DNA of 64,000 bases from a virus (lineage: Duplodnaviria > Caudoviricetes), in IMG/VR virus record IMGVR_UViG_3300010352_001202, one strand, 5' to 3'. The translations under genes and the position numbers were made by a program. The first letter of the stretch is position 1. Each line of letters opens with the position of its first letter. The notes under the pieces are model-generated. The model saw only the letters and a list, made by a program, of their open reading frames with translations. It ran no database searches and was not told the origin of the DNA. Positions 43,751 to 54,039 of the stretch are shown in pieces.

Positions 43751-46546
43751 ATGGCTATTCTAGTATCACCAGGCGTAAGTATTTCGGTCATCGACCAGAG
43801 CATTAATGTTGGTGCCGGTCCAGGTACAGTACCGTTAATCTTTATCGCCACACAACAAGATAAGACTGTTCCGGATGGTTCGGAAGTAGCAGTAGGAACA
43901 ACAAAGGCCAATGCTGGAAAAGTTTGGTCTATCACTTCGCAGCGCGATTTGGTACAGACTTTCGGTGATCCTGTCTTCTATGAAGTTAGCGGAACATCCC
44001 TAAATGGTTATCCACTAAACGAATACGGTTTGCTTGCAGCATACTCGTATCTCGGTATTGCTAACCTAGCAAGAGTTGTCCGTTGCGATATCAATACAGT
44101 TCAATTACAACCAACACCAATTCAGCCAACAAGTCCTGCAGCAGCGGGAACATTCTGGTTTGATGAATCAGCATTACCAAACGGTTCTGCTTATGGTTTG
44201 TTTATTCGTTCTGGCACTTTCCCAAATGAAATTTGGACTGTTGTAGCACCGGATTTCATCTATAACTTTGCAACAGGTGTAGCAAACGCTCCAACACCAA
44301 CAGACGGTGTTGACGGAGACCACGCAGTTGTATTCCAGACAGCATCGGGAACATTATCGTTCTGGAGAAAAGTTGGATCTACATGGTCGCAGATTGGTGC
44401 CCGTGCAGCTCAAGTAACTGCTTCGGCCCCATCAGTGGGTGCATTAATTAATGTTGCATCGACAGTAGGCTTAGAAGTTGGTATGGTTCCAGTAGTTGGT
44501 TCCGGTACTGGTGTTTTCGCAGCTAATACAACTATTACTCAAATCAACAATGCAACATCGTTTACTGTTTCTGCAGTACCATCAACACCGTTTGCGGCTG
44601 CTGATGTAATTAATGCATCGTTTGAAGTTGTTATCAACTCTGTATGGCCGGACCTTACATCGACATCGACAACACAAGAATATTGGCTAAAGACATCCTC
44701 AGCAGCGCAAGGTGCAAATCTTGTTCTACGCAGAATGGATACAACACTTGCTCAGTTCTTGCAAGTTGAAGCTCCAATTCTTACAAATGATGCAGCAGCC
44801 AATACATATTACAGCACAAATCCTGCAGGATCGGATGGCCAGATTTACATTGAGCCAGTCCAGTCGGGTTTAAATCCTACTTCTGCACCGAACTCATACG
44901 AGTTTAGAAAGGCAACTGGCGCATCTGGTCCATGGGCTCCATTACAAGTCATTCAAGGTTCTGTAACAGTTCCAACATCTGGCCCAGAAAACGGTCAGCT
45001 ATGGTTCAATTCAGAGCTTGGCGTTGATAGCAACGGTGAAATCACTGTTGATATGTTAATGGCTGATGGAACAGGCGGATGGCAGAATGTATGGCTAGAT
45101 GGTTGGACAGCGTTCAATACAGCAGCAGTTCTACCAGGCGCAATTAAGGTATATGCACAATCTGCAGATCCACGCGACGATGTACCGCCAAAGGTTCTAT
45201 CGTCAGGCGATGTATGGGTTGATACAGATGTAAATCCGTATCCTGTTATTAAGCGTTGGTCGGGTACAGCATGGATTCTAGTCGACAATACAGACCAGAC
45301 AACTCCAAACGGTATCATCTTCACAGATGCTCGTCCAAATCCAGAATATCACATGGGTACATACTCGGGCGAAAATAACGGTAGTGGTATCAATCCTGAC
45401 TTAGACCCAGATGCACCAGATTCGGACTTGTATCCAAAGGGATTCTTACTATGGAATACTCGTTACTCGACAAACAATGTCAAGGAATGGAATTCACCAT
45501 ATGTAGCTAACGGCGTTCCTGCTGAACCAGATAACACAAACAATGGCTCATTGGGTCGTTGGGTAACAACTTCTGGTAATAACCCAGGTGGCGCACCGTA
45601 CATGGGTGCAGCAGCACAGAATATCTGTATCGTTCGTGCAATCCAGGCAGTTATTACAGCCAACGAAGATATTCGCGCAGAAGATCTATACTATAACTTG
45701 ATTGCTGCCCCGGGATATGTTGAAGCTATTGATGAAATGCTTGTATTGAATGAAGACCGTAAGCAGACAGCTTTTGTTGTCGGCGACACTCCATTCACAC
45801 TAGCAGCCAACGGAACTTCGCTACAGAATTGGGCAACCAACAAGAGCGTTGCATACGGTAACGGTGCTGATGGCCTAGTATCGGCAAGTAAGTATTTTGC
45901 TGCATGGTATCCAAGCGGATTGTCGACCAATGTTGACGGAACTGATGTAGTTGTTCCACCATCACACATGGCTCTAAGAACAATTGCTTACAACGACCAG
46001 GTTGCTTATCCTTGGTTTGCTCCAGCTGGTTTACAACGCGGTATTGTCAACAATGCAGCAGCAGTTGGTTATGTCAATGTCGAAGGACAGTTTATTACTG
46101 TTAAGTTGAATGAAGGTCAAAGAGACATTCTTTACATCAACGGTATTAACCCAATTCGTGTAATGCCACAAGGCGGTATTGTTGTGTTCGGTCAAAAGAC
46201 ACGCCAACCATACGCAAGTGCAACAGACCGTATCAATGTAGTTCGTTTAGAAAATTACTTGCGCTACCAGTTGAACTTACTTGCTCAGCCGTTCCTATTC
46301 GAGCCTAACGATACAACAACTCGTAAGGCAGTTAAGGATGCATTTGATAGATTCATGTCAGAACTTATCACATTGCGTGCTCTATACGACTTCTTAGTTG
46401 TTTGCGATCTTACAAACAACACACCAGCTCGTATCGACAGAAACGAACTTTGGATTGATATTGCAATTCAGCCAGTTAAGGCAATTGAATTTATTTACAT
46501 TCCAATCAGAATCAAGAACACAGGCGCCAGCTTATCGGCACCTTGA
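43751..46546 (+). CDS. Tail sheath protein (gp18-like)
   Basis: LVSPGVS, PWFAPAGLQRG, GINPI, GQKT, RINVVRL, FEPND. Confidence 0.95.
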   Translation: MAILVSPGVSISVIDQSINVGAGPGTVPLIFIATQQDKTVPDGSEVAVGTTKANAGKVWSITSQRDLVQTFGDPVFYEVSGTSLNGYPLNEYGLLAAYSYLGIANLARVVRCDINTVQLQPTPIQPTSPAAAGTFWFDESALPNGSAYGLFIRSGTFPNEIWTVVAPDFIYNFATGVANAPTPTDGVDGDHAVVFQTASGTLSFWRKVGSTWSQIGARAAQVTASAPSVGALINVASTVGLEVGMVPVVGSGTGVFAANTTITQINNATSFTVSAVPSTPFAAADVINASFEVVINSVWPDLTSTSTTQEYWLKTSSAAQGANLVLRRMDTTLAQFLQVEAPILTNDAAANTYYSTNPAGSDGQIYIEPVQSGLNPTSAPNSYEFRKATGASGPWAPLQVIQGSVTVPTSGPENGQLWFNSELGVDSNGEITVDMLMADGTGGWQNVWLDGWTAFNTAAVLPGAIKVYAQSADPRDDVPPKVLSSGDVWVDTDVNPYPVIKRWSGTAWILVDNTDQTTPNGIIFTDARPNPEYHMGTYSGENNGSGINPDLDPDAPDSDLYPKGFLLWNTRYSTNNVKEWNSPYVANGVPAEPDNTNNGSLGRWVTTSGNNPGGAPYMGAAAQNICIVRAIQAVITANEDIRAEDLYYNLIAAPGYVEAIDEMLVLNEDRKQTAFVVGDTPFTLAANGTSLQNWATNKSVAYGNGADGLVSASKYFAAWYPSGLSTNVDGTDVVVPPSHMALRTIAYNDQVAYPWFAPAGLQRGIVNNAAAVGYVNVEGQFITVKLNEGQRDILYINGINPIRVMPQGGIVVFGQKTRQPYASATDRINVVRLENYLRYQLNLLAQPFLFEPNDTTTRKAVKDAFDRFMSELITLRALYDFLVVCDLTNNTPARIDRNELWIDIAIQPVKAIEFIYIPIRIKNTGASLSAP

Positions 46547-46562
46547 TCTTAAACTGATCTAG

Positions 46563-46592
46563 AATATGCCCGGCCAGTCCGGGCATATTTTT
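46563..46592 (+). terminator. Intrinsic terminator
   Basis: AATATGCCCGG-CCAGT-CCGGGCATATT followed by a U-tract. Confidence 0.8.
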
Positions 46593-46605
46593 GGCTAAAT
46601 ATTTC

Positions 46606-47271
46606 ATGATTGATCTTAGAGAAGATATTAGATATTTGCCATCACAAGAAATAGTAGGATGCTGTACTGCTAGTGCCTCTCTTCTTGTTGCCGAAATGCT
46701 TATCAATCGATCTGGTGCTAATCCTATGCATTTCTCTAGGTTATTTGTTTATTACATGACTAGAAAAATGCAAGGTAGAATAGGGCAGAAAGGTGCAGAG
46801 CTAGGGGCAACCCTAGAGGCAATGAAACAATATGGATGTTGCACAGACAGATTGTGGCCTCTTCGTCCCACAATAGTTGATAAAGAGCCAAATGCAGTTG
46901 CAATGGAAGAGGCAAAGAATTATAAAATCGGAACATATACTAATGTTATAGAACAAGATTTCAATTATTTGTTAAATAAAGGATATCCCATAATTATCGG
47001 GTTAGCCACTGGCAGGCAGTTTTGGAAACTTAACGGCAAGCTTTCAGAACAGGTGTATAAGCCTATAAATGATATTGATAACCGCCCTTCACACGGGCAT
47101 GCAGTTACTATTATTGGATATACAGATGATTATTGGATGGTAGCAAATTCAAGCGGACTCAAGTGGGGCGATAAGGGTTATGGAATTTTACCTTATGCTT
47201 GCAGGCAGGATATAGGCGAAGCGTATATCATAAATGATTTTGCAGGGATACCGTCGGAAAAAAATTTCTGA
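46606..47271 (+). CDS. Papain-like (C1) cysteine protease
   Basis: Q...GCCTA, FSRLFVYY, GHAVTIIGY, NSSG..WG..GYG. Confidence 0.88.
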   Translation: MIDLREDIRYLPSQEIVGCCTASASLLVAEMLINRSGANPMHFSRLFVYYMTRKMQGRIGQKGAELGATLEAMKQYGCCTDRLWPLRPTIVDKEPNAVAMEEAKNYKIGTYTNVIEQDFNYLLNKGYPIIIGLATGRQFWKLNGKLSEQVYKPINDIDNRPSHGHAVTIIGYTDDYWMVANSSGLKWGDKGYGILPYACRQDIGEAYIINDFAGIPSEKNF

Positions 47272-47312
47272 TAATTGATAAATAGTATTAGCTTTTATAG
47301 CAGGAGAAAAAG

Positions 47313-47927
47313 ATGGCAAATTTAGCTAAATTCGGTATTCCATTAGATGGAAACAAGCTTGGTATTCTACATCCCAAGCAGAAGTATCGTTTTAGAGTTG
47401 TCTGGCAGAACTTCGGTGAAAACAACGGTTTGCGCGAAATGACTGCTAATGTGGTAACATGTACCAGACCAAAGATTACCTATAACGAAGTACAACTCGA
47501 CTCGTATAACTCTGTAGCATGGATTCAGGGCAAGCACACTTTCGATCCTATCGAAATTACATTGCGCGATGACATTACTAATGCGGTTGTTTCGTCGGTT
47601 GGCGCGCAAGTCCAGAAACAAATGAACCACTTTGAACAGACAAGTGCTGTTGCTGGTATCAACTACAAGTTCGCAATGGAAATCCATTCGCTAGACGGTA
47701 CTGATAATGAGCAATTAGAGTCTTGGGTTCTTGATGGTTGCTGGATCCAGGCTGCTGCCTACGGTGATAACGATTATGCAAGTGGTGATCCAACTATGAT
47801 TACATTGACAATTCGTTTCGACAACGCAACAGAAGTTTCGGGACCAAACACAAACGACGGTACTACAGTCGGTGGAAATCCATATCCAAATGTCGCCAGC
47901 CCAACTGGTGGTACTACATTCGCTTAA
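47313..47927 (+). CDS. Tail tube protein (gp19-like)
   Basis: PKQKYRFRV...W.LDGCWI...TLTIRFD; follows the sheath gene. Confidence 0.85.
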   Translation: MANLAKFGIPLDGNKLGILHPKQKYRFRVVWQNFGENNGLREMTANVVTCTRPKITYNEVQLDSYNSVAWIQGKHTFDPIEITLRDDITNAVVSSVGAQVQKQMNHFEQTSAVAGINYKFAMEIHSLDGTDNEQLESWVLDGCWIQAAAYGDNDYASGDPTMITLTIRFDNATEVSGPNTNDGTTVGGNPYPNVASPTGGTTFA

Positions 47928-47951
47928 TAGCGGATTTTTGGAGGTGGCTTA

Positions 47952-49220
47952 GTGCCAAGTTTTACTAGTCTAGCAACTTCATTGACTGGCGCAGGGTTCT
48001 TCTTTGAGAAGAGCTCTCGCCATGCTACCTATAATTTCAATCAAGAAGGGCAGAGTTTATACAATAACCAGCCCCGCTTTCCTTTTGAATATTACATCAA
48101 TATCAGTCTTAATAATGTAGGCTCTGCTGCTTCGTTTATTTCTCAATCTTTTAATTCTCCAAACTGGGCACAAATAGCACCGCTTGTAAAATCGGTGGAA
48201 ATGCCATCGATGAAAATTGAGACAACTCCGTTAAACCAATATAACAGAAAAAGACTAAGCCAGACAAAGATAGCATTTGAACCAGTTAAGGTTGTGTTTC
48301 ATGATGTTGCAGACGGCAAAACACTGAAATTCTGGGATATGTATTATAGATACTATTTCGGAGATGGCAACGAACCTGGTAAAAATCAAGCAAAGTCGTC
48401 GCAACAGAAAAATAGTCCATTCTCGGTTGAAACTTTAAAGAAAGGAGCGCAGTCTCTAATTCCGAAGATTAACCCGGCTATTGCTAATCTTCCTGCAAGT
48501 ATTAAAAACATGTTTGATAGTAATGCACCGAGTGGTGCAAACGATCCTAACAGCACAAACGGACAGAAATCTAATTTAGAAAATATTGTCAGCGATACAC
48601 TCGATAGCCATATCTTCGGATTTAATTTACCTCAAGTTCAGAACATTCGTAGTTTAATTCAAACTATAGATATCTATCAAGTTCACGGTGGAAGATTTAA
48701 TCAGGTTACTTTAGTTAATCCCAGAATATCTGCATTTACACACGATGTACTAAATTATGCCACAAGCGATAAGACACTTGAGCTAACATTTACATTTGAA
48801 TATGAATATGCATATTACACGATTCAGAACTTACAGTTAGGTGAATCCGGATCTACAAAAGATCAGTTCGAACACGGCGAATTCCTTGAATTACCTGCAT
48901 TGTCATTTAATGCTGCGTTAAACAATTTTGTTGAGTCTAACAATCCTTTGCTTAATTCCGATAATCCAATCCTTCAACGAATTGGTAAGAATGTTCAATC
49001 TACTATTGGTAGTGTTACTGGCGCATTTGCTTCAAATGCGGTTCGTGGAGCTACTTCGGCCATTGCCGGCGCGTTAGATGGCTCTGTAAATATTATTCCT
49101 CCACCATACATTTCTCCAAATATACCACCCGTTACGGCAAGATCATTTGCATCCACTGCTAATATAAATTCTACAATGTATAGGGATGTTAATAGAATTG
49201 GAGGCAACCCAGGTGGCTAA
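47952..49220 (+). CDS. Tail-tube-like baseplate/initiator protein
   Basis: VKSVEMPS...NQYNRKR...FEPVKVVFHD...LTFTFEYE. Confidence 0.65.
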   Translation: MPSFTSLATSLTGAGFFFEKSSRHATYNFNQEGQSLYNNQPRFPFEYYINISLNNVGSAASFISQSFNSPNWAQIAPLVKSVEMPSMKIETTPLNQYNRKRLSQTKIAFEPVKVVFHDVADGKTLKFWDMYYRYYFGDGNEPGKNQAKSSQQKNSPFSVETLKKGAQSLIPKINPAIANLPASIKNMFDSNAPSGANDPNSTNGQKSNLENIVSDTLDSHIFGFNLPQVQNIRSLIQTIDIYQVHGGRFNQVTLVNPRISAFTHDVLNYATSDKTLELTFTFEYEYAYYTIQNLQLGESGSTKDQFEHGEFLELPALSFNAALNNFVESNNPLLNSDNPILQRIGKNVQSTIGSVTGAFASNAVRGATSAIAGALDGSVNIIPPPYISPNIPPVTARSFASTANINSTMYRDVNRIGGNPGG

Positions 49221-49686
49221 TGCAAATATAGCATCTATCGGCAGATTTAGCTCGCAGATGCTTACTTATTTGGGTACGCAGAAGACAGTAAAGTCTGTCA
49301 ACAATGTTCCTACAAATACCTTCAAATATGCAACGGGTCCTACTACTTTTCCAAGTGCAGGTTCTATCTCCCAGGCAGCATTAGGCGGTGGTGTAGTTGG
49401 AAACTATGCACCAGATACATATAATTCTACAAAATCCTATTTTCTATCAAGGGGAATAGGTCCTCTGTACGCCGATACAATGACAGGGCTTGCTATAGAT
49501 ATGGCAAGCATGCTAGGTATTTCTACAGCGGCCCTTTTAGAACAGGTAACGCCGACTGGACAGTTGATGTTCACAGCAGATGCATACCGTTCGTTTAATC
49601 TATTAAGAGATCCTGGCAACCAAGTCGGGATTGTTACCAGCGTAAATAATAGATATAGTCTACAAGCAAGAGAAATAAGGTCGTAA
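49213..49686 (+). CDS. Hypothetical structural protein
   Basis: GTG start with GGAGG SD within the structural operon. Confidence 0.6.
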   Translation: MANANIASIGRFSSQMLTYLGTQKTVKSVNNVPTNTFKYATGPTTFPSAGSISQAALGGGVVGNYAPDTYNSTKSYFLSRGIGPLYADTMTGLAIDMASMLGISTAALLEQVTPTGQLMFTADAYRSFNLLRDPGNQVGIVTSVNNRYSLQAREIRS

Positions 49687-49687
49687 T

Positions 49688-50125
49688 ATGAGTTCCTATG
49701 TACAGGGGCAGTATAAACCTGTCAACCCAAGTAAATATGTAGGGACTTATCCTATATACTTCCGTTCTTCATGGGAATTCAAAGTTATGCAGATGTTCGA
49801 TTCTAATCCGAACATAACTAGCTGGGCCAGCGAATCCATTAAAATTCCTTATCAAAATCCTTTTACCGGTAAATATACCGTGTATGTACCAGATTTCGTG
49901 GTTACTTATGTCGATGCTAAAGGTAGTCAAAAAGCAGAGATTATCGAAGTAAAGCCAGCTAAAGAGACCTTCCTAGAACAGGCAAAGAGTCAAAGAGCTA
50001 AGGCAGCGGTCGCATTGAATACCTATAAATGGGCAGCAGCACATGCGTTTGCTAGGCACCACGGCATGACATTTAGGGTTATGAACGAAAATAATATCTT
50101 CAATAATCCGAAAGGAAAGGCTTGA
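49688..50125 (+). CDS. Head completion nuclease (gp4-like)
   Basis: NPSKYVG...RSSWE...WASE...YVPDF...EVKP...KWAAA. Confidence 0.9.
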   Translation: MSSYVQGQYKPVNPSKYVGTYPIYFRSSWEFKVMQMFDSNPNITSWASESIKIPYQNPFTGKYTVYVPDFVVTYVDAKGSQKAEIIEVKPAKETFLEQAKSQRAKAAVALNTYKWAAAHAFARHHGMTFRVMNENNIFNNPKGKA

Positions 50126-50628
50126 TGACTAAAAAACTGGAAGAATTTTTTAATTTACCTCCCCGCGATGAGCCGGAGGTAGAAGATCTGCCAACAAAAA
50201 CTCGTGAAGAGTTAATGGTAGAGGCACGAGAAATATATTCAGCTATAACAACCGCAGAGAAAGTTGATATCGCTCTTCCTACTGTAGTAGGATTAGACAC
50301 CCATGATTCAGAAATGGATGATATTGCTGCTAAAGCAGTTAGAACATTTAATGATCTAATTGCCTTGGGAGGTAATGTGCCAGATATGCATGCCGGTAAG
50401 ATCTACGAAGTAGCTGGCCAGATGCTCAAGACTGCACTTGATGCTAAGAATGCCAAAGCAGAGCGTAAACTTAAGATGATTGATCTTCAACTTAAGAAAG
50501 TAAAAGCCGAACAAATTGATATACAGCTAGGGCAAGGTAACAGAAGCCCTGCCGGCGGTGGCGAATTTGACCGTAATGAACTCCTAAAATATATTGTCTC
50601 CAACAAATCAGAAAAGTCTGATAAATAG
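50122..50628 (+). CDS. Putative terminase small subunit
   Basis: Helical; IYEVAGQMLK; lies upstream of the large terminase (inference). Confidence 0.5.
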   Translation: MMTKKLEEFFNLPPRDEPEVEDLPTKTREELMVEAREIYSAITTAEKVDIALPTVVGLDTHDSEMDDIAAKAVRTFNDLIALGGNVPDMHAGKIYEVAGQMLKTALDAKNAKAERKLKMIDLQLKKVKAEQIDIQLGQGNRSPAGGGEFDRNELLKYIVSNKSEKSDK

Positions 50629-50647
50629 TCGTAACACTGGAGTCAAT

Positions 50648-51316
50648 ATGGACGAAAAGAAAACATTTAGATCATATTTTGCAGAAACAAAAACAGAATA
50701 TAAGTATGTTCTGAAGTTTGCTGTACATGAAATGACTGATGCAATGATTGATGTATTAGAGTCTTCGCTAAAGAAATACGATATCAAGCAGGCATCCTCG
50801 TTTAAGAAAACACCTATTCAAGAAAGTCCTCTCGATTTTCCTAATGTAAAGAACACACCTGTATTCATTTGCAGTATTGTACTTGGATATCCCGGTTCTC
50901 TAGATTTCCTTAGAACATATGTTTGTAACAATCTTGGAATTTCACCGGGACAGTTAGTTGTATACTCTGAAAATGATCCTCGTCAAATTGAGACCGATCT
51001 TTACATTGATAGAAATTCTGCAGAGTACAAGGCAAAATACAAAACCAAGCTGGGAAGCGACTACGAAGAGACAGGCGATAAGAGCCTATACGGTGCAGAC
51101 TATAATATTTCATTCCTGAAGGAACTCGAAAAGGTTAGCAAGGAAAGAAAAGTAACGCAGGTAGAAAATCCTCTAAGTGTTCCGCAAGATATTGATCATT
51201 CCACATTACCTAAGGGCTATGATGGTTTCAATGATCCTAAGAATTTAAAGAAAGACGATGTTGGGTTATTTGGTAGAGTTAAGAAGCCTAACTTGCTAAA
51301 GGTAGGTGTTCTATGA
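50648..51316 (+). CDS. Hypothetical late protein
   Basis: GATAAATA and GGAG upstream; N-terminal KTFRSYFAE. Confidence 0.7.
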   Translation: MDEKKTFRSYFAETKTEYKYVLKFAVHEMTDAMIDVLESSLKKYDIKQASSFKKTPIQESPLDFPNVKNTPVFICSIVLGYPGSLDFLRTYVCNNLGISPGQLVVYSENDPRQIETDLYIDRNSAEYKAKYKTKLGSDYEETGDKSLYGADYNISFLKELEKVSKERKVTQVENPLSVPQDIDHSTLPKGYDGFNDPKNLKKDDVGLFGRVKKPNLLKVGVL

Positions 51317-52431
51317 ACGATATGAGAAAACTAATAAACCTAATGGAAGGCGTAATGGCCGTTCCCGGATTAAATGAAGCAAGATTTCAGAATGTATCTT
51401 GCTCACAATGCGGCAGAGGATTTGGTCCAGGAGATAGTGGATATTCGCACTGCTCCGATCACAAAGGCAAGACACCTGTAGACGAAGCCACAGAATTACA
51501 CGAAAAGTCAACTTCCGAGAAGCAAGCCCGTTTTATGGCGGCTGCTGCACACGATCCTAAATTCGCCAAGAAAGCAGGTATTGATAGCGGAGTTGCTAAA
51601 GAATTCAACAAGGCCGACACCGGCACAAAACAATTAAGTAACGCGATGAAGAATGTTAACGAAGGCACTGAGTCCGAAATGCAAACTGCAGGAACTGTTG
51701 GGCGCGATCAGGCAGATTCAGAATTTGATGCTTCGCAAGGCAATGCCGAGGAAGTAGACGAATCGCAAGTTTCAGACGGACAAATGAGCAATCCTGCTCC
51801 AGCTGTAGAGGTATTAGCAATGGAAGGTTCAGATTACGATTTAGATTTTATTGCATCGTCGATTAGAAATAATTATGACATGGCAACATCTGAAGAAGAG
51901 TTAAAGAAAATGGTAGCCGGCGAAACAGGTTACGGCCATAACCCAGACTTTGACAATATGTTCCACGGTGCATTAGATCATTTCCTTAATGGCGATGATT
52001 CGGGTATGGGCGACTTTGATGACGGAATGGATGGCGACTTTGATTCAGCAATGGCAAGTGCCGGACATGGATCAGACGAAGATTACGGCGGAGATGATTT
52101 CCCAATGGAAGAAGATCTGAACAACGGATACGATTCAGTTGAGGTTGCAACAGGTAGTGATTTCTTCCCTAACGGTGCTGATAGTCCAGTAGTTAAGGCA
52201 ACAGGCCCGTCTGGAGCACGCCAAGGCGATAATCCAGAACAGAAAAAGATGCAAGTTGCAGAAGTTCATAAAGAACTTGTCTACGGTTATAGAAATTTCC
52301 TAAAGGAATCAGCTTCTTCTAAACCTAAGAAGGGCGAAAAGCCTAAGAAGGCAGAAAAGGCAAAAAAGGGTGAAGATGCCAAGAAACCAGTAAAGGCAAA
52401 AAAAGGTCACAAGCCTAATCTAAAGAAATAA
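51313..52431 (+). CDS. Acidic putative head/scaffold protein with basic tail
   Basis: Low-complexity D/G tract; LNE/LHE/LKE motifs; K-rich C-terminus. Confidence 0.6.
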   Translation: MNDMRKLINLMEGVMAVPGLNEARFQNVSCSQCGRGFGPGDSGYSHCSDHKGKTPVDEATELHEKSTSEKQARFMAAAAHDPKFAKKAGIDSGVAKEFNKADTGTKQLSNAMKNVNEGTESEMQTAGTVGRDQADSEFDASQGNAEEVDESQVSDGQMSNPAPAVEVLAMEGSDYDLDFIASSIRNNYDMATSEEELKKMVAGETGYGHNPDFDNMFHGALDHFLNGDDSGMGDFDDGMDGDFDSAMASAGHGSDEDYGGDDFPMEEDLNNGYDSVEVATGSDFFPNGADSPVVKATGPSGARQGDNPEQKKMQVAEVHKELVYGYRNFLKESASSKPKKGEKPKKAEKAKKGEDAKKPVKAKKGHKPNLKK

Positions 52432-52432
52432 C

Positions 52433-54007
52433 ATGGCAATCTATCAAGACGATAAGCTCGTCAAGCGTGCGTATACGAAAATATCGTATAGTAAGGAGCA
52501 GATTGACGAGCTCAAGGCGTGCATGGACCCTGTTACGGGTCCTCGATATTTTATTGAAAACTTCATGTATATCCAACACCCGATGCAGGGTAGACAGAAA
52601 ATTCACCTATACGATTTTCAGAGAGAATTAATTGAGAACTACCACAGTTCCAGAAAATCTGTAAACATGGTTAGTCGCCAGATGGGCAAGACCACCGTTG
52701 CTGCAGGATATCTCTTGTGGTATGCTATGTTTGTCGAGGATGCAACAATTCTTATTGCATCTAACAAATACGACGGCGCCCAGGAAATTATGCACAGAGT
52801 AAGATATGCTTACGAATCCGTGCCTGACCATATTCGTGCTGGTGTAAAAGTCTATAACAAGCGTTCAATGGACTTTGATAATAATTCCCGTATCGTTGCA
52901 ACAACCACTACAGAAAATACAGGTCGTGGAATGTCCTTGTCCTTAGTCTACCTGGACGAATTTGCGTTCGTGGAACCAAACATTGCTAAGGAATTCTGGA
53001 CTTCTCTATCTCCTACACTGTCGACCGGTGGTAAGTGTATTATCACTTCTACTCCTAACACCGACGAAGATCAATTTGCTGATATTTGGTTCGGCGCCAA
53101 TAAGCTTGTTGATGCCAACGGTAACGAAACAACTGTAGGTGTAAATGGATTTAAGCCTTATATTGCTACATGGGAAGCTCACCCAGACCGCGATCAGACA
53201 TGGGCCGACGCCGAACTTGCCGGTCTAGGCGAAGATCGTTTCTTGCGCGAACACAAGTGCCAGTTCATTACATTTGAAGAAACACTTATCAACCCAGTTA
53301 AGCTCTCTCAACTCGAATCTAGGCAGCCTATTCGCAAGACAGGCCAAGTTCGCTGGTACGGCGATATTCGTCCAAACCTTACATATGTTGTTTCTCTCGA
53401 TCCTTCAATGGGTACCGGCGGTGACAACGCAGCTATTCAGGTATTGGAACTGCCTACACTTGTTCAGGTAGCAGAATGGAGTAGCAATAGAACTCCAATT
53501 GAAGAACAAGTAAGAACAATGCGCAAGATACTAGAAGAATTGTATCAAGCAGGTAAGCCAGAACTTTACTGGTCTGTGGAAAGTAATTCTCTAGGCGAAG
53601 CTGCTCTTGTTGTTATTAGAGACACAGGAGAAGAAAACTTCCCGGGCACTATGTTGCACGATCCAAAGAATCGTCTTCAGGGCAAGACGGGCCGTCGCGC
53701 AGGATTTGTTACAACTAATAAATCTAAACTTGAAGCATGTGCTAAGTTGAAATTCTTAATTGAATCTGGTAAAATGAAACTTAATTCTAAGGGCATCTTA
53801 TCAGAGTTAAAGGTTTTTGTTTCTAGAGGAAACACATTTGAGGCTCGTATCGGGCAGACAGATGATTTAATCATGGCACTTATATTGGCAGTTCGCATGA
53901 CAGATTATATTTCTACATGGGATGATGGCGCGCAGACAGCTATCAATAGTAATATCGCTATCGGGGAAGACAGCAACTACGATGCACCGATGCCTGTTTT
54001 TATTTGA
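52433..54007 (+). CDS. Terminase large subunit (gp17-like)
   Basis: SRQMGKT, YLDEFAF, ITSTPN, LDPS.G, DDLIMA. Confidence 0.95.
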   Translation: MAIYQDDKLVKRAYTKISYSKEQIDELKACMDPVTGPRYFIENFMYIQHPMQGRQKIHLYDFQRELIENYHSSRKSVNMVSRQMGKTTVAAGYLLWYAMFVEDATILIASNKYDGAQEIMHRVRYAYESVPDHIRAGVKVYNKRSMDFDNNSRIVATTTTENTGRGMSLSLVYLDEFAFVEPNIAKEFWTSLSPTLSTGGKCIITSTPNTDEDQFADIWFGANKLVDANGNETTVGVNGFKPYIATWEAHPDRDQTWADAELAGLGEDRFLREHKCQFITFEETLINPVKLSQLESRQPIRKTGQVRWYGDIRPNLTYVVSLDPSMGTGGDNAAIQVLELPTLVQVAEWSSNRTPIEEQVRTMRKILEELYQAGKPELYWSVESNSLGEAALVVIRDTGEENFPGTMLHDPKNRLQGKTGRRAGFVTTNKSKLEACAKLKFLIESGKMKLNSKGILSELKVFVSRGNTFEARIGQTDDLIMALILAVRMTDYISTWDDGAQTAINSNIAIGEDSNYDAPMPVFI

Positions 54008-54039
54008 TAGCAGATAAATAAGAGAAACAAGGATTTCAT

